Shown piece by piece: positions 1 to 9,817 of a stretch of 64,000 bases of DNA. The DNA is from Candidatus Moraniibacteriota bacterium (lineage in GTDB: Bacteria > Patescibacteriota > Minisyncoccia > Moranbacterales > UBA11712). Location of the stretch: the NCBI GenBank assembly GCA_030679895.1, contig JAUXSN010000047.1:65328-129327 (forward strand), read 5' to 3'. Under the pieces are notes generated by a model that was not told the origin of the DNA, did no database searches, and saw nothing but the letters and a program-made list of their open reading frames with translations. The position numbers and the translations under genes were made by a program. Every line of letters begins with the position of its first letter. The first letter of the stretch is position 1.

Positions 1-145
1 TTCGCAAAAGTTTGTCCAAATTGACAAGCAAAAAGCGCGAAAGAGAGTTCTCGTCTTCCCACTCAATACTATCTTTCTCCTTTTTCCCTTCAAAAAGAGA
101 AAGTTTGATGCTATTGTCTTCGTTTATTGTGAGAATTATTTTCAT
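1..145 (-). CDS. Hypothetical protein, N-terminal part (runs off window); possibly TsaB-like
   Basis: ATG at 145 opens MKIILTINEDNSIKLSLFEGKKEKDSIEWEDENSLSRFLLVNLDKLLR to the window edge; weak resemblance to the TsaB N-terminus. Confidence 0.4.
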   Translation of the reverse strand, partial: MKIILTINEDNSIKLSLFEGKKEKDSIEWEDENSLSRFLLVNLDKLLR

Positions 146-183
146 CAGTCTTATTTTAACACAAATAGGAAATTTTCGAACTG

Positions 184-1119
184 CTATTTCAACTGCTTCT
201 GATTGTATTCCCTCAACTTCTCTCTGACTATTTTTTCCATTTCCAAATGTGAAACAGATCCGACATTTTTCAAAATTTCCTTTTCATTCAAAACCAAAAA
301 TCCATCCAGTTTTTCAATCCAATCTTTCATCTACATCACCCGTTGTTCCACGCTTTGCAATTCAGCGAAAGACAAAAACTGCTCTACTAATAAATTCAAC
401 CTCTCGAGTTCCAGCTCCGCCAAATAGTTTTTCGCGATTTGCGCCTGCTCGCGCGTGATAATTTTTCCCTTCCAATTCGTAAGCCCCAAACTTTCTTTTT
501 TGCTGTCGATTCTTTTGACGATTATTTCCGCCGCCGTGAGTCCGGTGATGGCAAAATGGAATTTGTTTTGAACCGTGGCGAAAAATTTCTGGGCATAGTC
601 GGTTTTTGGGTTGTAGTCGACGCTGGTCGCGAAAACATCCCTCACTTTTTGATAGAAATTAGCTTCGGAAGTTCTGATTCTTCTGATCCGCTCTTCCCAC
701 TCTTCAAAATAGGTTTTCTTCACTCGGCCTTCGGACAGTCTTTCATCATCCATCGCAAAGCCTTTGACAATATATTCTTTCAATTTTTGCGTCGCCCAAA
801 TGCGAAATTGCGTGCCTCGCAAAGAATTAATTCTATATCCTACGGAAATTATGGCATCCAAGTTATAGTGCTTAACCTTGTAATTTTTGCCATCAGCCGC
901 AGTTACCGAGTATTCCTCGGTAACTGAATTTTCGTTTAATTCAGCTTCATTAAAGACATTCTTCAAATGCAGACTTATATTGTCCGTAGTGCAATCAAAA
1001 AGCTCGGCCATTTGCTTTTGCGAAAGCCAGACTGTTTCCTGATTCAATTTCACTTCAATCTTGGTTTCTCCGTCTTCCGTGTTATAGAGAATTATTTTAT
1101 TGTTTTGCTCTTTTTCCAT
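184..1119 (-). pseudogene. Virulence RhuM-family DNA-binding protein with an internal TAG at 331-333
   Basis: Motifs VWLSQKQMAELF, YNLDAIISVGYRINS, TQFRIWAT; the frame continues after the TAG as MKDWIEKLDGFL...QLK* ending at 184. Confidence 0.8.
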
Positions 1120-1176
1120 CGTTTTGTTTTTCTTTTGTCGTTAATAAAAAATAGCACGTCCGAATGGCATACTATC

Positions 1177-1204
1177 ACTATATCACTATCTTGACTCCTG
1201 TCAA
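1177..1204 (-). promoter_or_regulatory. Sigma70-type promoter upstream of the rhuM-like gene
   Basis: TTGACA-16 nt-TATAGT on the minus strand. Confidence 0.5.
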
Positions 1205-1209
1205 GCATT

Positions 1210-1232
1210 TTCCTAACATTAAATGTTAGGAA
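1210..1232. repeat. REP-like palindrome
   Basis: TTCCTAACAT-TAA-ATGTTAGGAA. Confidence 0.8.
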
Positions 1233-1251
1233 CGGTTAGAGAAGATGGAGA

Positions 1252-1938
1252 CTAAAGTTCAAGAAAATAAAAATTAGGATGCCTTCCATCTGAAAAAGCA
1301 TTTGCGATTCGATAAGTGATTCCGTTTTCATCAATCTGATGTTCCTTGTGTTGGTGTCCAGAGATCATCATTTTAACATTCTGATGAAACTCAATAGTTC
1401 TTTTGAAATCATTATAAATAGGGAAAAGACCATATCCGTTTCGATGATCGAATATCGGTTGGTGAGAGGCGATCAGAACATCCTTATTTGTGTTCAGAAC
1501 GTAATTCAACCATCGCAGTTGAGCAGGACAGATTCCACCGGATGATTTTTCCGGACCGCAGTAATTCGTATCAAGGACAACAACTCTCGTATTTCCGACA
1601 TCCTTTGTGAAATAATTCATTTTCATCCCGTCGTGATTCCCATTGACCGCAATGACTTTTATTCTTTTTTTCTTGAAAATATTGAGAACTTTCCTCCTGT
1701 ATGATTTTTTGCTCTCGATAATATCTCCAGTAATAATAACATTTTTAATTCCTTTTACTCTGAATATCCTGATTGTTTTTTTCAGAAGAGACTGATACAT
1801 ATTCGGATAAACAATCCTGCTATCCATATTCACTTTGTCCTTTTCCTTCCCTGCATGAATATCAGAAATCCAACCGACAGTTTCGGCTCTCACTGGGAAA
1901 GCAAGCAGAAAAATGATGATAAATAAGATTTTGTTCAT
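1252..1938 (-). CDS. Secreted calcineurin-like metallophosphoesterase
   Basis: Signal peptide; SDIH, TGD, GNHD and SGHQH motifs. Confidence 0.85.
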   Translation of the reverse strand: MNKILFIIIFLLAFPVRAETVGWISDIHAGKEKDKVNMDSRIVYPNMYQSLLKKTIRIFRVKGIKNVIITGDIIESKKSYRRKVLNIFKKKRIKVIAVNGNHDGMKMNYFTKDVGNTRVVVLDTNYCGPEKSSGGICPAQLRWLNYVLNTNKDVLIASHQPIFDHRNGYGLFPIYNDFKRTIEFHQNVKMMISGHQHKEHQIDENGITYRIANAFSDGRHPNFYFLEL

Positions 1939-1959
1939 TTGTATACAAATAAGAGGTTT

Positions 1960-2048
1960 TTCCTAAAGTTTAACTTTAGGAATGGTTACTATCTTGACCT
2001 CTGTCAAGCATTTTTCCGCCAATATACCCCAACATTCAATGTTGGGGT
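1960..2048. repeat. Two REP-like palindromes separated by a TTGAC-N5-GTCAA motif
   Basis: TTCCTAAAGT-TTA-ACTTTAGGAA (1960-1982) and ACCCCAACAT-TCA-ATGTTGGGGT (2026-2048). Confidence 0.8.
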
Positions 2049-2057
2049 GGGTTATTT

Positions 2058-2501
2058 TTAATTTGTTGGATTAAATGTAATGATAGATGACCGATTTATT
2101 TTGTATTTTTTGAATAATTTATCTTCTAAAAAACTACTTATCTTATATGCTTTATGTATCTTTTCCATTAGATCGTCGCGTAATTTATCTATGTCCTTTT
2201 GAGTAAGACCATCCTTCTTAAAGATATCGTGGGCGAGCTTATTTCTAATATCTCTTATTTCGTTAAACACACAGAACTCTGAAGAGTATATTTTTTTGGA
2301 ACACAGCAAACGCTTATTTGCTAAATCAAATGAACGCTCCTTACTTTCATTCACTAACACGCCTTCAATAATTGATGAATGAATAAAAACATCGCGATAT
2401 TGCTTTCTTAGATATTTATCGAACTGTTGAACTACCCAGTCATGATGACTTAGATTTTTAGACATTTCTTTTTTTATATTCTTTATAAACAAAATAACCA
2501 A
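2058..2501 (-). CDS. Hypothetical protein, possibly HEPN-like
   Basis: AT-rich ORF with an RNKLAH (RxxxxH) motif; true start uncertain. Confidence 0.5.
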   Translation of the reverse strand: MVILFIKNIKKEMSKNLSHHDWVVQQFDKYLRKQYRDVFIHSSIIEGVLVNESKERSFDLANKRLLCSKKIYSSEFCVFNEIRDIRNKLAHDIFKKDGLTQKDIDKLRDDLMEKIHKAYKISSFLEDKLFKKYKINRSSIITFNPTN

Positions 2502-2513
2502 AAAATACTACTA

Positions 2514-2536
2514 TTCCTAAAGTTAAACTTTAGGAA
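2514..2536. repeat. REP-like palindrome overlapping the stop of ORF 2523-2735
   Basis: TTCCTAAAGT-TAA-ACTTTAGGAA. Confidence 0.8.
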
Positions 2537-2735
2537 ATTTTACATCTGGAATATATCCTTGCTCTGAACAGTAGCTAATAGAATATTTATTTGCTTCTTC
2601 TTGACTGTCGAATTGCTTGTCTAGTGAATTTTTTTGAATTTCAGTTTCAGAACCATTATGTGTGATTTTCTTATAACTGGAAATCCATTTACCATTAGTC
2701 AGTTGATAGGAGTTTGGCTCAAAGAATGTTTGCAT
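2523..2735 (-). CDS. Small hypothetical protein
   Basis: 70-aa ORF with ATG start, co-oriented with neighbours. Confidence 0.5.
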   Translation of the reverse strand: MQTFFEPNSYQLTNGKWISSYKKITHNGSETEIQKNSLDKQFDSQEEANKYSISYCSEQGYIPDVKFPKV

Positions 2736-2829
2736 GTCGAATAAATTAAAAATAATTCAGCTTACGAATCGAATATTTTTTGTTGAGCTATCCGCAGAGC
2801 GTCGAAAAGTGGAAAGTAATTAAAGATTT

Positions 2830-3090
2830 TTATCCTTTCCTTCTTATATGATCAGAGATTTTACCCAATAATTCCGCAATAAAACCCAAAATTGCGCCTA
2901 CTATTGCGCCTTTTCCGATGAGAAACCAATCAAATTTATTTCCTTTAAACAGATAGAAGATAGCAACTATAATTCCAATGATTATGCCAGCCGTTAAACC
3001 GCCCCAAACCGCATTTCGTTTTCGCCAAAAGACTATCAACAAAACAACTGCTACTACTCCAAAAATTATCCAAATGTTAACATTTGACAT
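2830..3090 (-). CDS. Small membrane protein (3 predicted TM segments)
   Basis: Hydrophobic Gly-rich segments; probable start MSNVNIW. Confidence 0.6.
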   Translation of the reverse strand: MSNVNIWIIFGVVAVVLLIVFWRKRNAVWGGLTAGIIIGIIVAIFYLFKGNKFDWFLIGKGAIVGAILGFIAELLGKISDHIRRKG

Positions 3091-3107
3091 ATTTTTTTGC
3101 AAAATTT

Positions 3108-3404
3108 TTATAGTTCATTCCCAATCCTTTTTTGACTGTCTTCGTATTTGCCAACTTTCCCATAAAACTTGACTGTTTTGCCGATACTAGGAACATGGAG
3201 TAAAAATGGACCATCAAGTTCATCTTTACCTTTATCAAGAATAGAAACTCCGTCATCAATTATCCAAGCGTCATCTTTTAATAATTGCTCATAAACAAAA
3301 TTGGGATTTTTCGCGGCTTTGCGCCAAAATGACAAATTCCCATGTTTTATGTAAATAAAATAGAAGATTACAGCTAAAATAATTATCCAAATGATTATGC
3401 TCAT
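3108..3404 (-). CDS. Membrane-anchored hypothetical protein
   Basis: N-terminal TM helix, 98 aa. Confidence 0.6.
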   Translation of the reverse strand: MSIIIWIIILAVIFYFIYIKHGNLSFWRKAAKNPNFVYEQLLKDDAWIIDDGVSILDKGKDELDGPFLLHVPSIGKTVKFYGKVGKYEDSQKRIGNEL

Positions 3405-3416
3405 ATTTTTTATTAT

Positions 3417-3639
3417 TACTTTATGAAATATTCAACACTCTTTTTATAAATCTTCGCAAACTTCTTAACTTCCAAAATATCAAGTCTATATTCTCCTGAT
3501 TCAACTCTTGAAATATAAGATTGGGGGGGCGCTTAACTTTTTTAGCGACTTCGATTTGCCGAAGTCCGGCTTCCAACCTTGCTTTTCGCAATTTTTCGAT
3601 AAACTTGGCGTATTCCTTTGTTTCTATCGCCTTGCCCAT
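3417..3639 (-). pseudogene. XRE-family HTH regulator frameshifted in a C7 tract
   Basis: LRKARLEAGLRQIEVAKKV; the HTH continuation QSYISRVESGEYRLDILEV...EYFIK* lies in another frame after G7 (+ strand, 3523-3529). Confidence 0.75.
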
Positions 3640-3734
3640 ATACTATCAAGAATATATACGAAAAGCAAAAATACTGCTTTAAAAAGCAGTATTTTCGTTT
3701 TGGGCGGTTTGTTCCACCCGCAGAAGTTCAACCT

Positions 3735-5873
3735 CTACGATTTCAGAAACATCCTCGCCACTCTCAACTCTTCGTATGAAAATTCATCACCGAGGATTTC
3801 GCGGACGGGCGACAGGGCTGATCCGCCGGATTTTTGGAAGGCGCGCGCTATTTTTTCCATTTTCTTGGCCGGTGGACGCAAATAGTTGATATTGATTTCT
3901 TCTCCGGCACTGGTCAGCTTTTCGATATGCGATGTTATTGTCCCGGGAGTCATGCCTCTCGCTTTCGCCATTTTTTCAATGGACATTTTTTGCTGAACGA
4001 GTTTTTTGGTTTCCTCGTAGGTTGATCCCGCGCGGATCGCTCGGCGCGCCGTGGCTGGTTTTCCCGCCGGAATATTTTTTTCTTCGAGATTATTTTCCTT
4101 GGCATAGGTTCGGATGACCTCCGTGAATATTTTTCCGTATTGCTTCAGTTTTTCCTCGCCTACTCCGCTTATTTTGGAAAAGCTTTCTTCGCTTTGAGGC
4201 AAATACGATGCCATTTGAGTGAGAGCCAAATCGCCGAAGACGACAAAGGGCGGCACTCCTTTTTCGTCCGCTATCTTTTTGCGCAAAAGCCGCAACTGAT
4301 CAAACAATTCTCGATCATAGTCAACTTCAAACGCAGTTCTTTTTCGAATCGCTTCGGCGCCGGATTCGGGCTTAGACAAAAGGATATTTTCCCTATTTTT
4401 GAGAAATTCCTTTCCTCGTTCGCCCAGTCCGAGAACCGGATACTCATCTCCCATTTTTGCGATCAATTTTTTGGAAACCAATTGGCCGATGATATTTCTC
4501 AATTCAACTTTCGAAAAATCGTCCGCAATACCGAATACCGACAATTTTTGATGGCCGCGTTCCGATATTTTTTTATTCTTCGCTCCCGTGAGCACATCGA
4601 TGATATAGCTTGCGCCAAACCGTTCCCCCGTGCGGACAATCGCCGAAATAATTTTTTGGCTGATTACGGTCGCGTCGAATTCAACTTTTGGCGAAAGGCA
4701 AACATCGCACCCGCCGCATTTTTCCGATTCGTACTCCTCGCCGAAATAGGAAAGCAAATGACGGCGGCGGCACGCTGACAACTCGCAGTATTCAACCATC
4801 TGATTGAGTTTCTTGTATGCGTTGTCCCGTTCGCGCTCCTCCTCGATCTGCCGGATAAAAAATTGCTGCTTGATCGTATCCCCGAAAGAATAGAAAAGAA
4901 CGCACCGGCTTGGAAGTCCGTCGCGTCCGGCCCGTCCCGTTTCTTGATAGTATCCTTCAATTGATTTTGGCAAATTATAGTGGACGACCAAGCGCACATC
5001 CGGCTTGTCGATTCCCATCCCGAAAGCGATCGTCGCCACGATGATTCGCGCTTCATCGCGAATGAATTTTTCTTGATTCTTTTTCCGTTTCCCGCTTTCA
5101 AGACCGGCATGATACGCCAAAGCGGAAAAGCCTTCCTCGCGAAGATCCGCCGCCAAATTTTCCGTGTTCTTTCGGGAAAAACAATAGATGATCACTGATT
5201 CGTTTTTGTGCGCTTGTAATATTCCAATCAGCTGGTCATAGGAATCTTTTTTGGGAAGCACCGCGTAGGAAAGATTCGGACGATTGAAACTGGAAATGAA
5301 AACCTTCGCTTGCCCAAGTGACAGTTGGCGAATTATATCCTCCCGCACTTTTTCCGTGGCGGTGGCCGTGAGCGCCATCACCGGAACACCCGGAAAAATA
5401 TTTCGGAGTATTTTCAGATTTCTATAATCGGGACGGAAATCGTGGCCCCACTCGCTGATACAATGCGCTTCGTCAATGGCGATCAAGCTTATTTTCAACT
5501 CCGACAAAAAATTTTGAAAGCCGGGGTTCGCCAATCTTTCCGGGGCGGCGTAAAGAATTTTCAGCTCTCCCGTTCTCGCTTCCGTTTGTGTCCGGTCGAT
5601 CTCCGCGGGACTCAAAGTGCTGTTAATAAACGCGGCCGGAATACCATTGGCTTTGAGAGCATCAACCTGGTCTTTCATGAGAGCGATAAGCGGCGACACG
5701 ACCAGCGTCATTCCCGGCATCTTTAGCGCGGGAAGTTGATAGCAAAGCGACTTTCCCCCGCCGGTCGGCATAAGAACAAACGCGTCTTTTCCAAGAAGTG
5801 CCTGGCTGATAATTTCCTCCTGCAAAGGACGAAAACGATCAAAACCGAAACGATTTTTGAGAAGATTTAGCAT
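3735..5873 (-). CDS. recQ: ATP-dependent DNA helicase RecQ
   Basis: MPTGGGKSLCYQ, DEAHCISEWGHDFRP, QETGRAGRDG; RQC and HRDC domains. Confidence 0.97.
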   Translation of the reverse strand: MLNLLKNRFGFDRFRPLQEEIISQALLGKDAFVLMPTGGGKSLCYQLPALKMPGMTLVVSPLIALMKDQVDALKANGIPAAFINSTLSPAEIDRTQTEARTGELKILYAAPERLANPGFQNFLSELKISLIAIDEAHCISEWGHDFRPDYRNLKILRNIFPGVPVMALTATATEKVREDIIRQLSLGQAKVFISSFNRPNLSYAVLPKKDSYDQLIGILQAHKNESVIIYCFSRKNTENLAADLREEGFSALAYHAGLESGKRKKNQEKFIRDEARIIVATIAFGMGIDKPDVRLVVHYNLPKSIEGYYQETGRAGRDGLPSRCVLFYSFGDTIKQQFFIRQIEEERERDNAYKKLNQMVEYCELSACRRRHLLSYFGEEYESEKCGGCDVCLSPKVEFDATVISQKIISAIVRTGERFGASYIIDVLTGAKNKKISERGHQKLSVFGIADDFSKVELRNIIGQLVSKKLIAKMGDEYPVLGLGERGKEFLKNRENILLSKPESGAEAIRKRTAFEVDYDRELFDQLRLLRKKIADEKGVPPFVVFGDLALTQMASYLPQSEESFSKISGVGEEKLKQYGKIFTEVIRTYAKENNLEEKNIPAGKPATARRAIRAGSTYEETKKLVQQKMSIEKMAKARGMTPGTITSHIEKLTSAGEEININYLRPPAKKMEKIARAFQKSGGSALSPVREILGDEFSYEELRVARMFLKS

Positions 5874-5884
5874 AAAAAATCAAT

Positions 5885-5909
5885 TTCGCTAAGGTTCAAC
5901 CTTAGCGAA
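5885..5909. repeat. REP-like palindrome upstream of recQ
   Basis: TTCGCTAAGGT-TCA-ACCTTAGCGAA. Confidence 0.85.
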
Positions 5910-5999
5910 GCGCTATATAATTATTTTCCGCAATTCCATTATACCATCCGCCGCCAGAAACAAAAATGGCTTTTCGCAAGCACCAAAATAATCCGAAAC

Positions 6000-7505
6000 C
6001 TACTCAATCACAATATTTTCTTCCAGCTTATTTTCTTTGTGCACCTTGATACCCAGCGCCGCTACCGCCCCCACAAGAAGAAAAATGGAAGCCACCGCGA
6101 AGACTGTTCCGTAGGCCGCGACTTGGGCTTTGAGGATGACGAGCCCCGCAAACTGTTTCATCACAAAAGGATTTTTGATGTTCACGAAGCTGTTCCGGGC
6201 GACGCTCAAAACATTCGAGTTTGTGGCATTGTTGAGAATAGTCGCGAAGATCGCGATCCCGAAAGCCCCGGCAATATTTCTGACCAAAGCCAAAACCGAG
6301 GAAGCGATGCCTATCTCCGCAGTGGGAACGATTGAAGCGATGATGTTCGTGCGCTGCGCCATTCCAAAACCGATCCCGAAAGCCATGATCGAAAGCGGGA
6401 TAATGATGCTCAAGGGACCGGAACGCGCATCTAAAAAAGAAAAAAGAAAAAGTCCGACCGCGGCGACAAACGTGCTGGCCGCGATGACGTATCGAGGCTG
6501 AATTTTTCCCGTCAGGCTTCCTCCGAGAGGCGCGGCTAAGACTATCATAAAGGCCATGGGCATGAATAAAAAGCCGGTCTGCGTAGCGTCATATCCCAAA
6601 AACATTTGGGCAAAAATGGGAATGAGGAAAACTCCTCCTATCATCCCCATAAATACGATGAAATTGTTGGCTAGCGTGTTCACAAAGGCTCCGATTTTGA
6701 AAAACTTCAAATCAACAATGGGCTCGCTATGATTTTTTTCAATCTGAATAAATATATATCCGAAAATGAGAATGGCCGCGTAAGAAAAAAAGCTATTGAG
6801 AGAAAACCATCCCCATTCCAAGCCTTTGTCGAGAACCAGAACCAGCGCCGAGAGAGCTAAACCCAAAGTGATCGCCCCCCACCAGTCAAATTTCGCTGTC
6901 TTTTTTTCAGAAACGGATTCCTGGATAAAGGCCAAAGCCATAAAAAGGCCGATTATGCCTACTGGCAAATTGACCAAAAAAACGCTGCGCCAGCCAAAAT
7001 TATCAATGAGCGGTCCGCCGATAAGCGGCCCGAAAACGGCCGCCGCCGCGAAAGACGCCGACCAGATACCAAGGGCCTGGGCTCTTTCTTTTCCTTCCCG
7101 GAACGTGACGGCCACAATCGCCATAGCGGTCGGATAATCCGCCGACACCGCGACCGCCTGAACAACCCTAAAGACTATCATCGAGCTGAAATTCCAAGAT
7201 AGGCCCGCCAGGACCGAACCAAAAATAAATATGGAAAAACCTAAGATGTAGATTTTCTTTCTACCGATCGTGTCGCCCAGTTTCCCCCAGATAGGGACAA
7301 AGATAGCATTAGCCAGGATATAGGCGGTGGCAATCCATCCGGCGGATGAAACCGTGATATTGAATTCGCCGATTATTTTCGGCAGAGCCAGATTAACGAT
7401 CGTCTGGTCCAGCCTCCCGAGAAACGTGCCCACGATGACCGTCAGCATGATTAACCAGCGGAAATTGTCAGGATTATCTTTTGCCCTTTTCAGTTTCTTT
7501 AGCAT
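6000..7505 (-). CDS. DHA2 (EmrB/QacA) MFS efflux permease
   Basis: LDQTIVNLALP, GKLGDTIGRKK, GPLIGG, WRSVFLVNLPVG; many TM segments. Confidence 0.92.
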   Translation of the reverse strand: MLKKLKRAKDNPDNFRWLIMLTVIVGTFLGRLDQTIVNLALPKIIGEFNITVSSAGWIATAYILANAIFVPIWGKLGDTIGRKKIYILGFSIFIFGSVLAGLSWNFSSMIVFRVVQAVAVSADYPTAMAIVAVTFREGKERAQALGIWSASFAAAAVFGPLIGGPLIDNFGWRSVFLVNLPVGIIGLFMALAFIQESVSEKKTAKFDWWGAITLGLALSALVLVLDKGLEWGWFSLNSFFSYAAILIFGYIFIQIEKNHSEPIVDLKFFKIGAFVNTLANNFIVFMGMIGGVFLIPIFAQMFLGYDATQTGFLFMPMAFMIVLAAPLGGSLTGKIQPRYVIAASTFVAAVGLFLFSFLDARSGPLSIIIPLSIMAFGIGFGMAQRTNIIASIVPTAEIGIASSVLALVRNIAGAFGIAIFATILNNATNSNVLSVARNSFVNIKNPFVMKQFAGLVILKAQVAAYGTVFAVASIFLLVGAVAALGIKVHKENKLEENIVIE

Positions 7506-7510
7506 ATTGG

Positions 7511-8161
7511 CTAGTCCTTATAGATCCAAGCTTTGGCCGACATGCCATTTTTAAGTTCCGGATAATCAGAAGCGCTGAAGCGGATTTTTACGTTGAATTC
7601 CTGCTGCTCGCGGGCGCTGGAAATATTAAATACTATGTCGGAGCTTCTGGCCGTGGGGCTGATTTCGTCAACGACCCCCGAATATTCTTTGGATCCAGAG
7701 GCGTCCACCGCGAAAACGGCTTTTTGCCCGACCTGGATATCGCTCAATCCTTTGTTCTCTTCCACCTTCGCGACAACCCGAAGATCTCCGGGATTTATCA
7801 TACTCACAACCGCTTCTCCGGGCGAAAAATTTTTTCCGATATTATTTTTGACGGAAATGACAATCCCTTTGTTTTTTGTTTTCACGATATCATTTCCGAT
7901 TTGGGCGACGGGCTCGTTTGCCTCGACATTGTCGCCGGATTTGACGAACAGCTTTTGCAAAGTTCCCCCGATGCGCGAAGACAGATCCGTTGCCGGAGCA
8001 ACGAGCGATGATTTTTCGACATATATTCTGCTCTTCGATAAGGAAAGATAGCAGAGCGCCACCGCCCCGGCGACCAAAAAAGCCAAAAGGGCGAGGAGCA
8101 TCAATCTATTCCTGCCGGAACTATTTTTGACCGCCAGTTTTTCGTTATTGTTGTTTTCCAT
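7511..8161 (-). CDS. HlyD/EmrA-like efflux adaptor
   Basis: N-terminal TM, lipoyl-like halves, LKNGMSA C-terminal motif; adjacent to the MFS gene. Confidence 0.8.
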   Translation of the reverse strand: MENNNNEKLAVKNSSGRNRLMLLALLAFLVAGAVALCYLSLSKSRIYVEKSSLVAPATDLSSRIGGTLQKLFVKSGDNVEANEPVAQIGNDIVKTKNKGIVISVKNNIGKNFSPGEAVVSMINPGDLRVVAKVEENKGLSDIQVGQKAVFAVDASGSKEYSGVVDEISPTARSSDIVFNISSAREQQEFNVKIRFSASDYPELKNGMSAKAWIYKD

Positions 8162-8179
8162 ATTTAATTTAATAAAGGC

Positions 8180-9250
8180 TTATTTATTCAGTTCAAAAAT
8201 ATTGTCCCCGACTGAAAGACCCGACACTACTTCGACTGTGTAGTCAGCTCCATATATGCCGGTTTGGATTTCTTTCTTTTCTCTTAAGCCGTTTTTTGAT
8301 ATATACACGAACTTCTTTCCTCCCTCCTCGAAAATGGCATCCCGAGGGATAAGCAGAACATCATTTTTCTTCTCGGCCGCGACAGACACGCTGGCGCCAA
8401 CTCCCGAACGCAGATCAGAAACATTTTCCCGAAAATTGAGCGTTACTTTATAATTCGAAACATTGTTGATCAGCTCTTCTGTCGGGTCTATGGAATTTAT
8501 TTCAGCGTCAAAAACGCGCCCCGATCCGTCATCCAAAGAAATTTGAGCGGAGTCGCCGCTATGTATATTCCGAACATCAATTTCAGAGGCAAAAGCTTCA
8601 ACCTTGAACGAATCCCGGCTGGAAAGAGTGATTATGGGAGCATTGGACTGCGCCACTTCCCCTTCAATGACATCTTGCTTTGACACAACACCGTCAAAAG
8701 GAGCAGTGATAATGGTTTTGTCTATTTGCGCCCTGGCATTTTCAACATTGGAAAAAGCGGCCGCGACTTTTTCTTCCTGGGAAACAACTTGCGCTTCACT
8801 AGCCTCGATCTGCTTCCTTTGCGCTTTTTTGTCATCCGAATTGGCCGTAGCGCTTTTCTTCAAAGAATCGAGCTCGGCTTTTTCTTTCTTATAAAGTTCC
8901 TGATATTGGTCAAGATCGGCCTGAGAACTTTTCGCGAGATCCACGGATTGGTTGTATTGCGCCTTGAGATCAGCTGCGTTCGCGTAGGCCAAAACCGTTC
9001 CGGATTTCACGAAATCTCCGGCTTTCTGGGTGAGCTTCGTGATCTTTCCGCCTCTTTCAAATCCCAATTCGGCGTCGTTTTGAGGCGCGATTTTTCCGTC
9101 CAGATCGAGCAAGTGCTCGATATTCCCCCTTTCGACCTGAAAAGTCGAATAATCGGGACGCTTGGACATGTTCTGATAAAGAAAATTGGCCACAATTCCC
9201 CCGATCACTAAAACGGCAATCAGGCTTGCGCTAAAAATATTCCTATTCAT
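8180..9250 (-). CDS. Efflux periplasmic adaptor (membrane fusion protein)
   Basis: Coiled-coil hairpin, IITAPFDGVV, VEVVSGLSVGD. Confidence 0.85.
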   Translation of the reverse strand: MNRNIFSASLIAVLVIGGIVANFLYQNMSKRPDYSTFQVERGNIEHLLDLDGKIAPQNDAELGFERGGKITKLTQKAGDFVKSGTVLAYANAADLKAQYNQSVDLAKSSQADLDQYQELYKKEKAELDSLKKSATANSDDKKAQRKQIEASEAQVVSQEEKVAAAFSNVENARAQIDKTIITAPFDGVVSKQDVIEGEVAQSNAPIITLSSRDSFKVEAFASEIDVRNIHSGDSAQISLDDGSGRVFDAEINSIDPTEELINNVSNYKVTLNFRENVSDLRSGVGASVSVAAEKKNDVLLIPRDAIFEEGGKKFVYISKNGLREKKEIQTGIYGADYTVEVVSGLSVGDNIFELNK

Positions 9251-9262
9251 TCCGGTTATGCG

Positions 9263-9691
9263 TTAATCATTAGTCCTTGAAATTTTTTCCAATATCTTGA
9301 TCAAATTCTCCTTTTCGCTGGCGTTGAGCGGAGAAAGAACCTTCTTCATCCGGTCAGCGACCATCGTCATCCCCTGAGTGAATTTTTTTTCTCCGAAACT
9401 CGTAATGTTCATGCGAACAATTCTTCTGTCGTTGCCGTCACGGATTCTTTCCACCAGCTTAGCCTCGACCAGATGATTAATAAGAGAGGTCGCTGAAGGA
9501 GGGGCGACGGACAGATATTCCGCGATATCTTTCATCAGCGGCTTATTTTCTTTGATATAGCGCAGAGTCTCAAGTTTCACCCCCGAAATATTTTCCTGCC
9601 TTTCATTGCGATATTTTTCCTTGATCATGCGGCTTACCGAAAAAATGAGCGAGATCGCCCTGTTGGTTGTTTCTTCCCGGCTTTTTGCCAT
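9263..9691 (-). CDS. MarR-family regulator
   Basis: MKDIAEYLSVAPPSATSLINHLV...NDRRIV; first gene of the efflux operon. Confidence 0.9.
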   Translation of the reverse strand: MAKSREETTNRAISLIFSVSRMIKEKYRNERQENISGVKLETLRYIKENKPLMKDIAEYLSVAPPSATSLINHLVEAKLVERIRDGNDRRIVRMNITSFGEKKFTQGMTMVADRMKKVLSPLNASEKENLIKILEKISRTND

Positions 9692-9817
9692 ATTATTAGA
9701 TATTATAATATTTAGATTACCTAATCATATAACCATGTCCGGATTCTGTCAATGGCAAACAGAAAAAGCAGGCCAGAAGCCTGCTCTCGCATTAATTTCG
9801 CAATATCTGCCCGCTTG

